64,000 bases of DNA, from the NCBI GenBank assembly GCA_964586145.1, contig CAZPHH010000003.1, positions 2,068 through 66,067 of the forward strand, written 5' to 3'. The position numbers were made by a program, and so were the translations under genes. The DNA is from an uncultured Phycisphaeraceae bacterium. Lineage in GTDB: Bacteria > Planctomycetota > Phycisphaerae > UBA1845. Shown piece by piece: positions 55,263-64,000 of this stretch. Within the stretch, counting starts at the first letter, position 1; each line of letters starts with the position of its first letter. The notes beneath the pieces are model-generated. The model searched no databases, was not told the DNA's origin, and worked only from the letters and a program-made list of their open reading frames with translations.

Positions 55263-56246
55263 ATGGCGGCGCGTCTCGGACCGGACGTTCAGAAGAAGAG
55301 CATCTGCGTCGTCGGTATCTGCACGGTGGATGCCGTGGCCCGCTGTATCGACGAATACCCCCCGCCCGGCGGACTGCGCATCTTCGATTCCCTCAAGCTC
55401 ACCACCGGCGGCAACGCCGTGAACGGCTCCATCGCCCTGGCCAAGATGGGGTTCGCCGTTTCCGTCGTCACGAAGATCGGCGAGGACCAGCACGGCCAAT
55501 TCGTGCTGGACGAGCTGGACCGGCACGGTGTGGACACCTCCGGCGTCGTCCGCTCGGCTGATACACATACGCCATTCAGCTTCGTCTGCGTCCATTCGGA
55601 CGGGCAGCGGAGCTTCCTGCACACGGTGGGCACCAACGGCACGCTGCGGCGGGAGGAGATGGATCGGACCCACGTGTGCCGGGCAGACCTCTGCCTGGTC
55701 ACCGGCACCATGCTCATGCCGCAATTCGACGGCCCGCCCACGGCCCGGCTGCTGGCCGACGCACGAAATGCCGGTGCGATCACCCTGTTGGACACCAGCC
55801 TGACCGACGCCGCGTCAGCCGCGGCCTGGCGAACAGCCCTTGAGCCGTGCCTGCCGCACCTGGATTTCTTCGTCCCTTCGCGGATGGAAGCAGCGGCCTT
55901 CACCGGCCACGACGAGCCGTTGCGCGCGGCCCAGGCCATTCTGGCGGGCGGATGCCGACACGCAGTGATCAAGCTGGATACGGAGGGCGTCTACTATCGC
56001 ACGGCCGGCGGCAGGGAGGGGACGATTCCCGCCTATCGCATCGCTCACGTGGTCGACACGACCGGTGCGGGTGATTGCTGGTGCGCCGGCCTGCTGGCGG
56101 GCCTGGCCCAGGACCTTCCGCTGGAAGACTCGCTCCGCCTGGGCAACGCAGTGGCCGCCCATGGCATTCAGCATGCGGGGGCTTCCAGCGGCATCCCGCC
56201 GCTGGCGCACATCCAGCGGTTTCAGAAATCCCCAGAGAACCAGTAA
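55263..56246 (+). CDS. PfkB family carbohydrate kinase
   Basis: There is an N-terminal GG motif (TGGNAVNGSIALAKMG) and the C-terminal PfkB signature DTTGAGDCWCAGLLAGL. Confidence 0.85.
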   Translation: MAARLGPDVQKKSICVVGICTVDAVARCIDEYPPPGGLRIFDSLKLTTGGNAVNGSIALAKMGFAVSVVTKIGEDQHGQFVLDELDRHGVDTSGVVRSADTHTPFSFVCVHSDGQRSFLHTVGTNGTLRREEMDRTHVCRADLCLVTGTMLMPQFDGPPTARLLADARNAGAITLLDTSLTDAASAAAWRTALEPCLPHLDFFVPSRMEAAAFTGHDEPLRAAQAILAGGCRHAVIKLDTEGVYYRTAGGREGTIPAYRIAHVVDTTGAGDCWCAGLLAGLAQDLPLEDSLRLGNAVAAHGIQHAGASSGIPPLAHIQRFQKSPENQ

Positions 56247-56263
56247 GTCCGCGCTCGCAAACG

Positions 56264-58963
56264 CTACCGGCCAAGCTCCTCCTGCCACTCCTTAATCTTC
56301 TGCAACGCCTCCAGCGGCGTGAGTGCATTCAGGTCGACGGCCCGAAGCTGTCGGGCCAGACCTTCGAGCGGGTCCTCGAAAAGCTCGAGCTGTTGCGGTC
56401 GGCGGGTGCGGCGGCGGGAAAGTCCGGTGGTGTGGGACTCGCGCGAAAACCCCTTCTGAAGCTCGTCGAGGATCTCCCGGCTGCGCTCCACCACCGGCCG
56501 GGGCACGCCGGCCAGCCGGGCAACGTGAACGCCGTAGCTCTTGTCCGTGCCTCCGGGAACGATTTTGTGGAGGAAGATGATGCCGTCTTCGCGGCGATCG
56601 TCGCCGGGCCACTCGCGCACGGCCACGTTGCAGTTTTTCACGCCGGCCAGCAGGTCGGCCAGTTCCGTCAGCTCGTGGTAGTGCGTGGCGACCAGCGTGC
56701 GGCAGCGGACGACGTTGGCCAGGTGCTCCGTGATGGCCCAGGCCAGAGACAGGCCGTCGAACGTGCTCGTGCCCCGTCCGATCTCATCGAGCACAACCAG
56801 CGACCGTTCCGTTGCGTTGTTGAGGATGTTGGCCGCCTCCGTCATTTCCACCATGAACGTGGATTGGCCGCGCGTGATTTCATCCGACGCCCCGACGCGG
56901 GCGAAGATGCGATCCACGGGTGCGAATCGCATGGCGGCGGCGGGGACAAACGAGCCCGTCTGGGCCAGCAGCACCAGCAGAGCGGTCTGGCGAATGTAGG
57001 TGCTTTTGCCCGCCATGTTCGGCCCGGTGATGATCAGCACGCGGGCGTCGGTGGCGTCCAGGCAGCAGTCGTTCGGTACGAACCCGTCGCGCAGGGTCTG
57101 TTCCAGCACGGGGTGGCGCCCGTCGCGGATTTCCAGGCCCCGCCCTTCGACCAGCTCGGGGCGGACGTATCGCTGCTGAACGGCCGCCTCGGCCAGCCCG
57201 GCGAGCACGTCCAGCCGGCCGACAGCGTCGGCCACGCGCTGAAGGCCCGGTAGCTGCTCCGCGGCGGCGTCGCGCACCTGCTCGAACAACTGAAACTCCC
57301 GCTCGTGGGCCCGTTCTTCGGCGGAGAGGACTTCCGTCTCGTACGTCTTGAGCTCGTCGGTGATGTATCGCTCGGCGTTCTTGACGGTCTGCTTGCGCAC
57401 GTAGTGGGCCGGTGCGCGGTCGCGGAACGTGTTGGTGATCTCGATGTAGTAGCCGAAGACCTTGTTGAACCCCACCTTCAACGACGGAATGCCGGCGGAC
57501 TGGGCTTCGCGGCGCTGATAGTCGGCCAACCAACTCTGCCCGTCGCGGCCGATGGCCCGCAGCCGGTCCAGCTCGGCGTCGTAGCCGTCGGCGATGATGC
57601 CGCCTTCGCGCACGGTCAGCGGCGCGTCGGGGCGAATGGCCTTGTCCAGAAGATCGGCCAGGTCCTCCAGCCCGCCAAGCGCGTCGCGCAGCTCCGCCAG
57701 TTGCGGCACGGAGTATCCCTCCAGCCGTCCGCGCAGGGCGGGCAATTGCCCGAGCGTCCGTGCCAGGCCGGCCAGATCACGCGGCGTGGCGCGGCGCAGG
57801 GCGATGCGGGCGGCGATACGTTCCACGTCGGACATGGACCGGAGCGCGCCGCGCACGCCGGCCCGCGCGGAGTCGTCCGCCGCGAGGGCCGCCACGGCGT
57901 CCTGCCGGGCGACGATGTCCTCGACCCGCGTCAGCGGCAGGCACAGCCAGCGCCGCAGTGCGCGGGCGCCGGCGGGATGCACGGTCCGATCCACCGCGTG
58001 CAGCAGGCTGCCTTCCCGATCGCCGGCGCGAAGCGTGCGTTCGATCTCGAGCGACCGGAACGTGCTGTGGTCCAGGCAGAGGAAATCCGTCGGACGGTAC
58101 GGCTGCACGCGGATGATGTGGGCGAGCGAGGTCTTCTGCGTTTCCCGCAGGTAGGCAATGGCGCAGCCGGCGGCGCAGAGTCCCGGAGTCATGCCGTCAA
58201 ACCCGAACCCCGCCAGCGTGGTCACGCCGAAATGGTCGTGCAGGACGTGCTCGGCGTTGTAGGGGGCGAACTCGTGCGGGGCTCGGCGAACGACGGACGT
58301 CCCGCAGAGTGCGCGGACTTCCTCCGCCAGCCGCGCGGCCGGCTGACCGGCGGCGTCGATGCCGGCCTCCTCGATGAGGATTTCGGCCGGGCGATGCCGG
58401 ACCAGCTCGTCCACCACGTCCTCCGGACGCAGCTCGAACACCTGGAACCGCCCGGACGCCAGCTCCACGACGGCCAGCCCCGCCTGCCGGCCGCCGACGC
58501 AGAGCGATGCCAGGATATTGTCACTTTTTTCGTCCAGCAGCGTGTCGTCGGTCAGCGTGCCGGGCGTGACGACCCGCAGAATCTCGCGCTGCACCACGCC
58601 CTTGGCGAGTTTGGGGTCCTCCACCTGCTCGGAGATCGCCACGCGGTAGCCGGCCGCCACCAGCTTGTGCAGGTAGCTGTCCAGGGCGTGGTATGGAATG
58701 CCGGCCAGCGGAACGGCGTTTTCTCCCTTGGACCGGGCGGTGAGCACGATGCCGAGCACCCGGCTGACGGTCCTGGCGTCTTCGTAGAACGTTTCGTAGA
58801 AGTCGCCCATGCGGAACAGCAGGAGGGCGTCGCCGGCCTGCTGCTTCTGCTCGAGATACTGGCGCATCGCCGGCGTGGCGTCGTGCCAGCGGTCGAGCGG
58901 CGGGGATGAGCCGGTTGCCTCGGGCACGGGGATTCGGTCCCTCCATCCTCTCATCAGACGCAT
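56264..58963 (-). CDS. mutS: DNA mismatch repair protein MutS
   Basis: Motifs: TPAMRQYLEQK and LLFRMGDFYETFYEDA. The Walker A region is ITGPNMAGKSTYIRQ. Further motifs: DEIGRGTSTFDG and ATHYHELT. Confidence 0.92.
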   Translation of the reverse strand: MRLMRGWRDRIPVPEATGSSPPLDRWHDATPAMRQYLEQKQQAGDALLLFRMGDFYETFYEDARTVSRVLGIVLTARSKGENAVPLAGIPYHALDSYLHKLVAAGYRVAISEQVEDPKLAKGVVQREILRVVTPGTLTDDTLLDEKSDNILASLCVGGRQAGLAVVELASGRFQVFELRPEDVVDELVRHRPAEILIEEAGIDAAGQPAARLAEEVRALCGTSVVRRAPHEFAPYNAEHVLHDHFGVTTLAGFGFDGMTPGLCAAGCAIAYLRETQKTSLAHIIRVQPYRPTDFLCLDHSTFRSLEIERTLRAGDREGSLLHAVDRTVHPAGARALRRWLCLPLTRVEDIVARQDAVAALAADDSARAGVRGALRSMSDVERIAARIALRRATPRDLAGLARTLGQLPALRGRLEGYSVPQLAELRDALGGLEDLADLLDKAIRPDAPLTVREGGIIADGYDAELDRLRAIGRDGQSWLADYQRREAQSAGIPSLKVGFNKVFGYYIEITNTFRDRAPAHYVRKQTVKNAERYITDELKTYETEVLSAEERAHEREFQLFEQVRDAAAEQLPGLQRVADAVGRLDVLAGLAEAAVQQRYVRPELVEGRGLEIRDGRHPVLEQTLRDGFVPNDCCLDATDARVLIITGPNMAGKSTYIRQTALLVLLAQTGSFVPAAAMRFAPVDRIFARVGASDEITRGQSTFMVEMTEAANILNNATERSLVVLDEIGRGTSTFDGLSLAWAITEHLANVVRCRTLVATHYHELTELADLLAGVKNCNVAVREWPGDDRREDGIIFLHKIVPGGTDKSYGVHVARLAGVPRPVVERSREILDELQKGFSRESHTTGLSRRRTRRPQQLELFEDPLEGLARQLRAVDLNALTPLEALQKIKEWQEELGR

Positions 58964-58969
58964 CGGCCG

Positions 58970-59977
58970 TCACGGCCGGTTCGATTCCTCGATCAGGCGG
59001 GCCAGCGTGGCGGCGGCGGCGCCGGAATCCAGGGCCGCCTGGGCGCGGTCCACACCATCGCTCAAATCCGAGGCCACGCCGGCGACCACCAGGGCCGCGG
59101 CGGCGTTGAGGGCCGCATGAGCACGACGGGGACCGGTCTCGCCGTTCAGAATCGCCCGCACCGCGACTGCGCTTGCGGCGGGCGAGTCCACCAGCAGCAT
59201 CGACCGAGCCGCCCGTGCCAGCCCTACGTCCTCCGGGCGCACCCGGAACGTGTGGACCCCCCCGTTCTTCCATTCGCTGACCTGCGTCTCGCTGGTGACG
59301 GTCAGGTCGCACAACCCGTCCAGCCCGTGGACCACCCACGCGTGAACCGCCCCCAGTTCGCCGAGCACCGTCGCCAGCGATTCCGTCTGGTTGGCCCGCG
59401 GCACACCCACAATCTGCCGACGGGCGCCGGCCGGATTGGTCAGCGGCCCCAGCACGTTGAACACGGTGCGGATGCCCATGGCCTGTCGCACGGGCGCTGC
59501 GTATTTCATGGCCGGATGCAGCTTGCGGGCGTACAGAAACCCGATGCCCACCCGCTCGAGGCATCGTTCGACGGTCGGCACGTCGGCTTCGATGTTCACG
59601 CCCAAAGCGGCCAGCACTTCGGCACTGCCGCAGACGCGCGTGTTCGTGCGGTTGCCGTGCTTGGCCACCACCGCCCCGGCCGCCGCCGCGATGAGGGCGG
59701 CCGTGGTGGAGACGTTGAACGTGCTGATGCCGTCGCCGCCCGTGCCGCACGTGTCGATGCAGTCCCGGCTGCAGCGCACCGGCGTGCAGACCTCGCGCAT
59801 GGCCTGGGCCGCGCCGACGATCTCGTCGACGGTCTCCCCCTTGGTCGCCAGGGCGGCCAGAAAAGCCCCGATCATGGATTCCGGCGCCTGGCCGGTCATG
59901 ATGAACTCGAAGGCCCGACGGGCGTCCGCCCGGGATAGGTCACGGCCGGCCACCAGTTGTTCCAGAATACCTCGCAT
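58970..59977 (-). CDS. trpD: anthranilate phosphoribosyltransferase
   Basis: From the ATG at 59977: DTCGTGGDGISTFNVST, AKHGNR and VFNVLGPLTNPA. The longer track ORF (to 61279) is an artefactual upstream extension. Confidence 0.9.
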   Translation of the reverse strand: MRGILEQLVAGRDLSRADARRAFEFIMTGQAPESMIGAFLAALATKGETVDEIVGAAQAMREVCTPVRCSRDCIDTCGTGGDGISTFNVSTTAALIAAAAGAVVAKHGNRTNTRVCGSAEVLAALGVNIEADVPTVERCLERVGIGFLYARKLHPAMKYAAPVRQAMGIRTVFNVLGPLTNPAGARRQIVGVPRANQTESLATVLGELGAVHAWVVHGLDGLCDLTVTSETQVSEWKNGGVHTFRVRPEDVGLARAARSMLLVDSPAASAVAVRAILNGETGPRRAHAALNAAAALVVAGVASDLSDGVDRAQAALDSGAAAATLARLIEESNRP

Positions 59978-60109
59978 GATCCTCGCCCGTTGACCCGGAT
60001 GACGCGACACCGGTACCGTACGGCTGCGCAGGGCGAAAACTATACCCGATTCCCGCCCCGGGCGTGAGGGGCGGTACGTCATCCGCGGGGAGGCGGGTCC
60101 TGAAGCGAA

Positions 60110-61525
60110 ATGCTGCCGGAGGTCAACGACACGATTGTGGCCGTCGCGTCGCCGCCCGGCCATGCGGCGCGGGGGATCGTTCGCCTGAGCGGGCCGGAGG
60201 CCCCGGCCATCGGGGACCGGTTGTTTCGTGCGGATGACGACCGGCCCCTTTTTCAGCAGCGCGGGTTCTGCCGGCGGGAGGGACGCCTGTCCGTGGGCGA
60301 CGATCTGTTTGTTCCGGCGGAAGCCTGGGTCTTCCGCGCTCCGCGCAGCTATACGGGCCAGGACTGCCTGGAACTGCACACGATCGGATCGCCGGCCCTG
60401 CTGGCGATAGTCGTGGAGGCCGCCCGGTCTGCCGGGGCGCGGCCGGCCCGGCCGGGCGAGTTCACGGCGCGGGCGTTTCTGTCGGGCACGATGGACCTCG
60501 CGCGGGCGGAGGCGGTCGCGGCGACGATTCACGCCCGCAGCGACACGCAGCTTCGGGCGGCTCGGCGAATGGGCGAGGGGGAGCTGGCCAGGCAGGTGCA
60601 TGCGTGGCGGCAGCGGCTGGCCGAGCTGACGGCGCTCGTGGAGGCCGACATCGACTTCGCGGAGGAGCCGATCGAGTTCATCACGCTGGACCGTCTGGAG
60701 CGGGAGGCGGCGAGTCTGATCCGCGGAATGGACGCCCTGCAGCGTGACGCGGCGCAGGCCGAGCGGTTCGACGTGCTGCCGACGATCCTGCTGCTGGGCC
60801 GCCCCAATTCGGGCAAGAGTACGCTGTTTAACGCGCTGTCGGGGCTGGATCGCGCCATCTGCTCCGCGATGGCGGGCACCACACGTGACTTCCTGGCTGC
60901 CCCTGTGAATCTTGGGCCGTTTGAGGCGCAGATGCTGGACGCGGCGGGTCTGGACGCCGACGCCGGTGAGCTGATCCGCCGGGCGGGGGAACGCGTGCTG
61001 GCCCGGGCGGAACACGTGGATGCGCTGTGCCTGGTGGTGGACGTGTCCGGCCCGGTGGAACCGGGCGCGTTTGACTGTCTGGCGGGGGCGCGATCCGTGC
61101 CGTGCGTGATTGCGGCCAACAAGGTGGACCTGCTGGACGCACCGGCCTTGGCAGAGCGGCTGGCGAGTCTGCCGACCCCGGATCGAATGGGCATGCGCGC
61201 CGTCTGCGCCGTCAGCGGGCTGACCGGGCACGGATTGGACGAGTTGCGAATGGCGCTGGCCCGGATCCTCGGTGATCACGACGCCTTGGGCGAGGACACG
61301 GCGGTCGTGCTTTCCTTACGGCAGCGGGGCTGTCTTCAGGCCGCGGCGGAGGCGATGCGGCGCGTCTCCGCGGAGGCGGCCGCGTGCGAGCAGACGCTGG
61401 ATCGGGCGGAGTTGCTGGCGTTTGAGCTGCGGGCCGCGCTGAGCGCGTTGGACGACATCGCGGGGGCCGTCACCACCGAAGACCTGCTGGAGACGGTGTT
61501 CTCGTCGTTCTGCATTGGGAAGTGA
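60110..61525 (+). CDS. mnmE: tRNA uridine-5-carboxymethylaminomethyl modification GTPase MnmE
   Basis: Motifs: DTIVAVASPPG, the G1 box GRPNSGKSTLFNAL, TTRD, and the terminal FCIGK characteristic of MnmE. Confidence 0.9.
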   Translation: MLPEVNDTIVAVASPPGHAARGIVRLSGPEAPAIGDRLFRADDDRPLFQQRGFCRREGRLSVGDDLFVPAEAWVFRAPRSYTGQDCLELHTIGSPALLAIVVEAARSAGARPARPGEFTARAFLSGTMDLARAEAVAATIHARSDTQLRAARRMGEGELARQVHAWRQRLAELTALVEADIDFAEEPIEFITLDRLEREAASLIRGMDALQRDAAQAERFDVLPTILLLGRPNSGKSTLFNALSGLDRAICSAMAGTTRDFLAAPVNLGPFEAQMLDAAGLDADAGELIRRAGERVLARAEHVDALCLVVDVSGPVEPGAFDCLAGARSVPCVIAANKVDLLDAPALAERLASLPTPDRMGMRAVCAVSGLTGHGLDELRMALARILGDHDALGEDTAVVLSLRQRGCLQAAAEAMRRVSAEAAACEQTLDRAELLAFELRAALSALDDIAGAVTTEDLLETVFSSFCIGK

Positions 61526-61554
61526 CGCAAAGGACCCGGCGAGCCGGGGGCGAT

Positions 61555-62985
61555 TCAGAAGGGGGTCGCCTCTTCGTGGTACGGGGGAACGTAGGACGGT
61601 TCCGGCACCGGGGACAGGTTGTCGAAGCGCGTGCTGCGGTTGTTGAACATGAGCGTAATGTTGCCGACCGGGCCGTTGCGCTGCTTGGCCACGATGCACT
61701 CGGCCTTGCCCTTGATGTCCGGATCGATTTCTTCGGACCCGCGGTGGTAATACTCCTCCCGATGGAGGAGCAGAATGACGTCGGCGTCCTGCTCGAGGGC
61801 GCCGGATTCCCGCAGGTCGCTCATGCGGGGGCGATTCCCCTCCCGCTGCTCGGCGGCGCGGTTGAGCTGCGCCATGGCGATGATGGGAATCTCCAGCTCA
61901 CGGCCGAGGGCCTTGAGCCCCCGGCTGATCTCGGAAATTTCCTGCTGGCGCCCCTCCCGCTCCTTGCTGGGGCATCGCATGAGCTGGAGGTAGTCGACGA
62001 ACACGGCCTCGATGTTGAACTGCTGCCGCAGGCGACGGGCCTTCGCTCGCAGTTCCAGAATGCTCATGCCCGGCGTGTCGTCGATGTACAGAGGCGCCTC
62101 CGTGAGCTGATCGCACGTGTCGACCAGCAGACGGGTCTCCTCGTCGTTGAGCATGTTGCGGCGGACCTTGTGGGAGTCGATGCGCGACCGGCTGCACACG
62201 ATGCGATGCCCCACCTGCATGCGCGACATTTCCAGCGAGAAGAAGACCACGGGCCGGCGGTCCTCGACCGCCATGTGCTCGGCTACGGTCAGTCCGAAAG
62301 CCGTCTTGCCCATGGACGGCCGGCCGGCCACGAGGATGAAATCTCCCTTCTGCAGCCCGCTGGTCAGGTCGTCCAGCTCGTGGAAGCCGGTGGGAAGGCC
62401 GCTGAGGTAATGGTCGCCGCGGGATTGCAGTTGGTCGTGAATCCGATGCACCAGTTCGGACAGGCTGATCGCCTGCCCGCTGACCCGCCGCTCCGTGACG
62501 TCGAACAGCCGCTGCTCCGCCTTGTCCAGCAGGTCGGCCGTGTCGTCGCTGTCGGCGTACGCATCCTCCGCGATCTCGCCGGCCACGCGGATCACGTCGC
62601 GAAGCAGGCCCTTGTCCCGGACGATTCGGGCGTAGTGCTCGGCGTTCACCCAGGCCCCGACGCTCTCCGCCATGCGGACGATGGCCGGGACCCCGCCGAT
62701 TCGCTCCAGCAGATCGCGCCGCTGCAACTCGTCCTTGATGACCACCAGGTCCATGGGACGGTTCTCGTCGTAGAGGTCGACGAGAACTTCGAAGAGACTC
62801 TGGTGATCGGGGCGGTAGAACCACTCCCCGTCCTGGCGGCCGATGATGGGGATGACCGTCGCGATGGCGTCGCGATTGAGCATCATCGAGCCGAGCAGGT
62901 TGCGCTCGGCCTCGAGATCGTGCGGCGGCACGCGAACCGCCTCGGCCGTCTGTCCGCCGGGGCTAGCCGGCTTCTGTTCCGTCAT
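61555..62985 (-). CDS. dnaB: replicative DNA helicase DnaB
   Basis: Motifs: PHDLEAERNLLGSMM, the Walker A region AGRPSMGKTAFGL, FFSLEMS, IDYLQLM and ALGRELEIPIIAMAQLNR. The length is normal, with no intein. Confidence 0.92.
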   Translation of the reverse strand: MTEQKPASPGGQTAEAVRVPPHDLEAERNLLGSMMLNRDAIATVIPIIGRQDGEWFYRPDHQSLFEVLVDLYDENRPMDLVVIKDELQRRDLLERIGGVPAIVRMAESVGAWVNAEHYARIVRDKGLLRDVIRVAGEIAEDAYADSDDTADLLDKAEQRLFDVTERRVSGQAISLSELVHRIHDQLQSRGDHYLSGLPTGFHELDDLTSGLQKGDFILVAGRPSMGKTAFGLTVAEHMAVEDRRPVVFFSLEMSRMQVGHRIVCSRSRIDSHKVRRNMLNDEETRLLVDTCDQLTEAPLYIDDTPGMSILELRAKARRLRQQFNIEAVFVDYLQLMRCPSKEREGRQQEISEISRGLKALGRELEIPIIAMAQLNRAAEQREGNRPRMSDLRESGALEQDADVILLLHREEYYHRGSEEIDPDIKGKAECIVAKQRNGPVGNITLMFNNRSTRFDNLSPVPEPSYVPPYHEEATPF

Positions 62986-63490
62986 CCGAAGGGGCCTCCG
63001 CGCCGGTTTCGTCGGATTCGCCCTCGCCCTCATCCTCCCCGCCCTCGCTGGAGCGGACGACCCAGACCTTCACTTCCGCCTTGATGGACTCGGCCAGGAC
63101 CACGGGCACGGTCACGTTGTCGAGCTGCTTGATCGGCTCCGCCAGCTTGACGTGTGCGACATCCACGTCGTGGCCCTGCTCGCGCAGTGCCGCCGCGATA
63201 TCGCGAGCCGTCACGGAACCGTACAGGTGCCCGTCCGGATTGGCGGCCGCCGGGATGGTCACCTCCACTTGGGCGAGTTTTTCCGCTCGTGAGCGCAGCT
63301 CGTCCATTGCCTTGCGGCGCCGTTCTTCCGCGGCCGCCCGCTCCTTGGCGATGGCCCGCATGTTTGATTCGGTGGGCTCCATCGCCAGATCGTTGGGCAG
63401 CAGGTAGTTACGGGCATAGCCCGGCGACACGTTGATGATGTCGCCCACAATGCCCAGCGTGGGGATGTCCTTCTTCAGCAGCAATTTCAT
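62963..63490 (-). CDS. rplI: 50S ribosomal protein L9
   Basis: From the ATG at 63490: MKLLLKKDIPTLGIVGDIINVSPGYARNYLLP. The acidic C-terminal tail overlaps the dnaB start by 23 bp. Confidence 0.9.
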   Translation of the reverse strand: MKLLLKKDIPTLGIVGDIINVSPGYARNYLLPNDLAMEPTESNMRAIAKERAAAEERRRKAMDELRSRAEKLAQVEVTIPAAANPDGHLYGSVTARDIAAALREQGHDVDVAHVKLAEPIKQLDNVTVPVVLAESIKAEVKVWVVRSSEGGEDEGEGESDETGAEAPSDDGTEAG

Positions 63491-63769
63491 GACGCACTCC
63501 ACTGGGGCCCGGCGGTCGGACCCGTCTGGTTCTTCATACTCGCCGACCCGGCGGACCGGCAAGCCCCCAACCGGCCCGATCCGACGGTTGCAACCTGTTA
63601 CACTCTCTGCCGTGCCGTCACCCGGGCGGATCGCCCCGGCGGCGGCAACCTCCCGAACCGCAGGACGGCCCGCGGACCGGATCCTGCTGTGAATCTCGTC
63701 GCCGTCTCTGCGAGAATCACAGACCGGAAGAAAATTGTTGTCTGCGTCCCGGCCGGGCCGCTGCGGCCG

Positions 63770-64000
63770 TCAGAACGGGATGTCCTGATCGGGCGCGGGC
63801 GGGGCCGGGTCGTCCGACCAGCCCTCGTCCGGCTCCGCCTGGTGGACGGGCTCCCGCGCGGGGGCCGGGCGACCGCCGGACGTCCCGTCCGGCCGCGCGC
63901 CGAGAAACTGGAAGTTCTCCACCACGACTTCCAGCTTGCTTCGCTTCTGGCCTTCGGGATTGGTCCACTGGCTGTAGTTCAGCCGCCCTTCCACCAGGAT
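63770..64000 (-). CDS. ssb: single-stranded DNA-binding protein, C-terminal part (gene runs off the right edge)
   Basis: It has an OB-fold tail (EGRLNYSQWTNPEGQKRSKLEVVVENFQFLG), a Gly/Pro-rich linker and the terminal acidic tip DQDIPF. The frame is open to base 64000. Confidence 0.8.
   Translation of the reverse strand: MLVEGRLNYSQWTNPEGQKRSKLEVVVENFQFLGARPDGTSGGRPAPAREPVHQAEPDEGWSDDPAPPAPDQDIPF

Noticed and set aside
1-64000. A search across the whole window for tRNA, rRNA, tmRNA, transposase, integrase, phage or defence-system signatures (restriction-modification, toxin-antitoxin, CBASS-like, retron RT).
   Set aside because: None was recognised. There are no T-loop (GGTTCGAATCC-type) motifs in the intergenic DNA, and no DDE, tyrosine recombinase or RT motifs in any frame I read. 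The window looks like core chromosome plus secretome genes rather than a mobile or defence island.

Overview
This is a visibly GC-rich bacterial chromosomal segment with strong G/C preference at third codon positions. It is densely packed with about 44 protein-coding genes. I recognised no rRNA, tRNA, CRISPR array, transposase or integrase. The gene content suggests, as an inference only, a Planctomycetota/Phycisphaerae-like organism: a PEP-CTERM protein, dockerin-like and PKD-decorated secreted proteases, a MoxR-DUF58-BatA/vWA cluster and an alpha-2-macroglobulin/PbpC pair.

Layout from left to right:
- 1-6.1 kb: small-molecule and housekeeping genes (PIG-L deacetylase, GNAT, tryptophanase-family lyase, kinase-like protein plus macro domain).
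- 6.4-17.7 kb: a secretome block (S8 protease, M6 metalloprotease, NPCBM protein, PEP-CTERM protein).
- 18.0-29.9 kb: a seven-gene minus-strand MoxR/DUF58/vWA/DUF4175-like operon.
- 32.2-40.0 kb: alpha-2-macroglobulin plus pbpC.
- 40.3-42.4 kb: a Cache/HAMP/PP2C sensor phosphatase.
- 42.7-44.2 kb: two secreted Gly/Ala/Ser-rich repeat proteins.
- 44.6-47.6 kb: aroB and folC.
- 48.2-52.3 kb: a [NiFe]-hydrogenase large and small subunit pair coupled to a methyl-accepting chemotaxis protein.
- 54.5-56.2 kb: sugar genes.
- 56.3-64.0 kb: mutS, trpD, mnmE, dnaB, rplI and ssb.

The most interesting signal is the hydrogenase-MCP module. The large subunit ends exactly at the His of the DPCxxCxxH motif, as sensory hydrogenases do. 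The small subunit carries a twin-arginine leader. The start of the chemoreceptor gene overlaps the small-subunit stop (ATGA). Together these suggest an H2-sensing chemoreceptor complex.

A second notable structure is an 89-bp tandem duplication of the A2M-stop/pbpC-start junction that carries a REP-like hairpin element. Other copies of that element are dispersed through the window.

Family calls rest on motifs read directly from the translations. No database searches were run.
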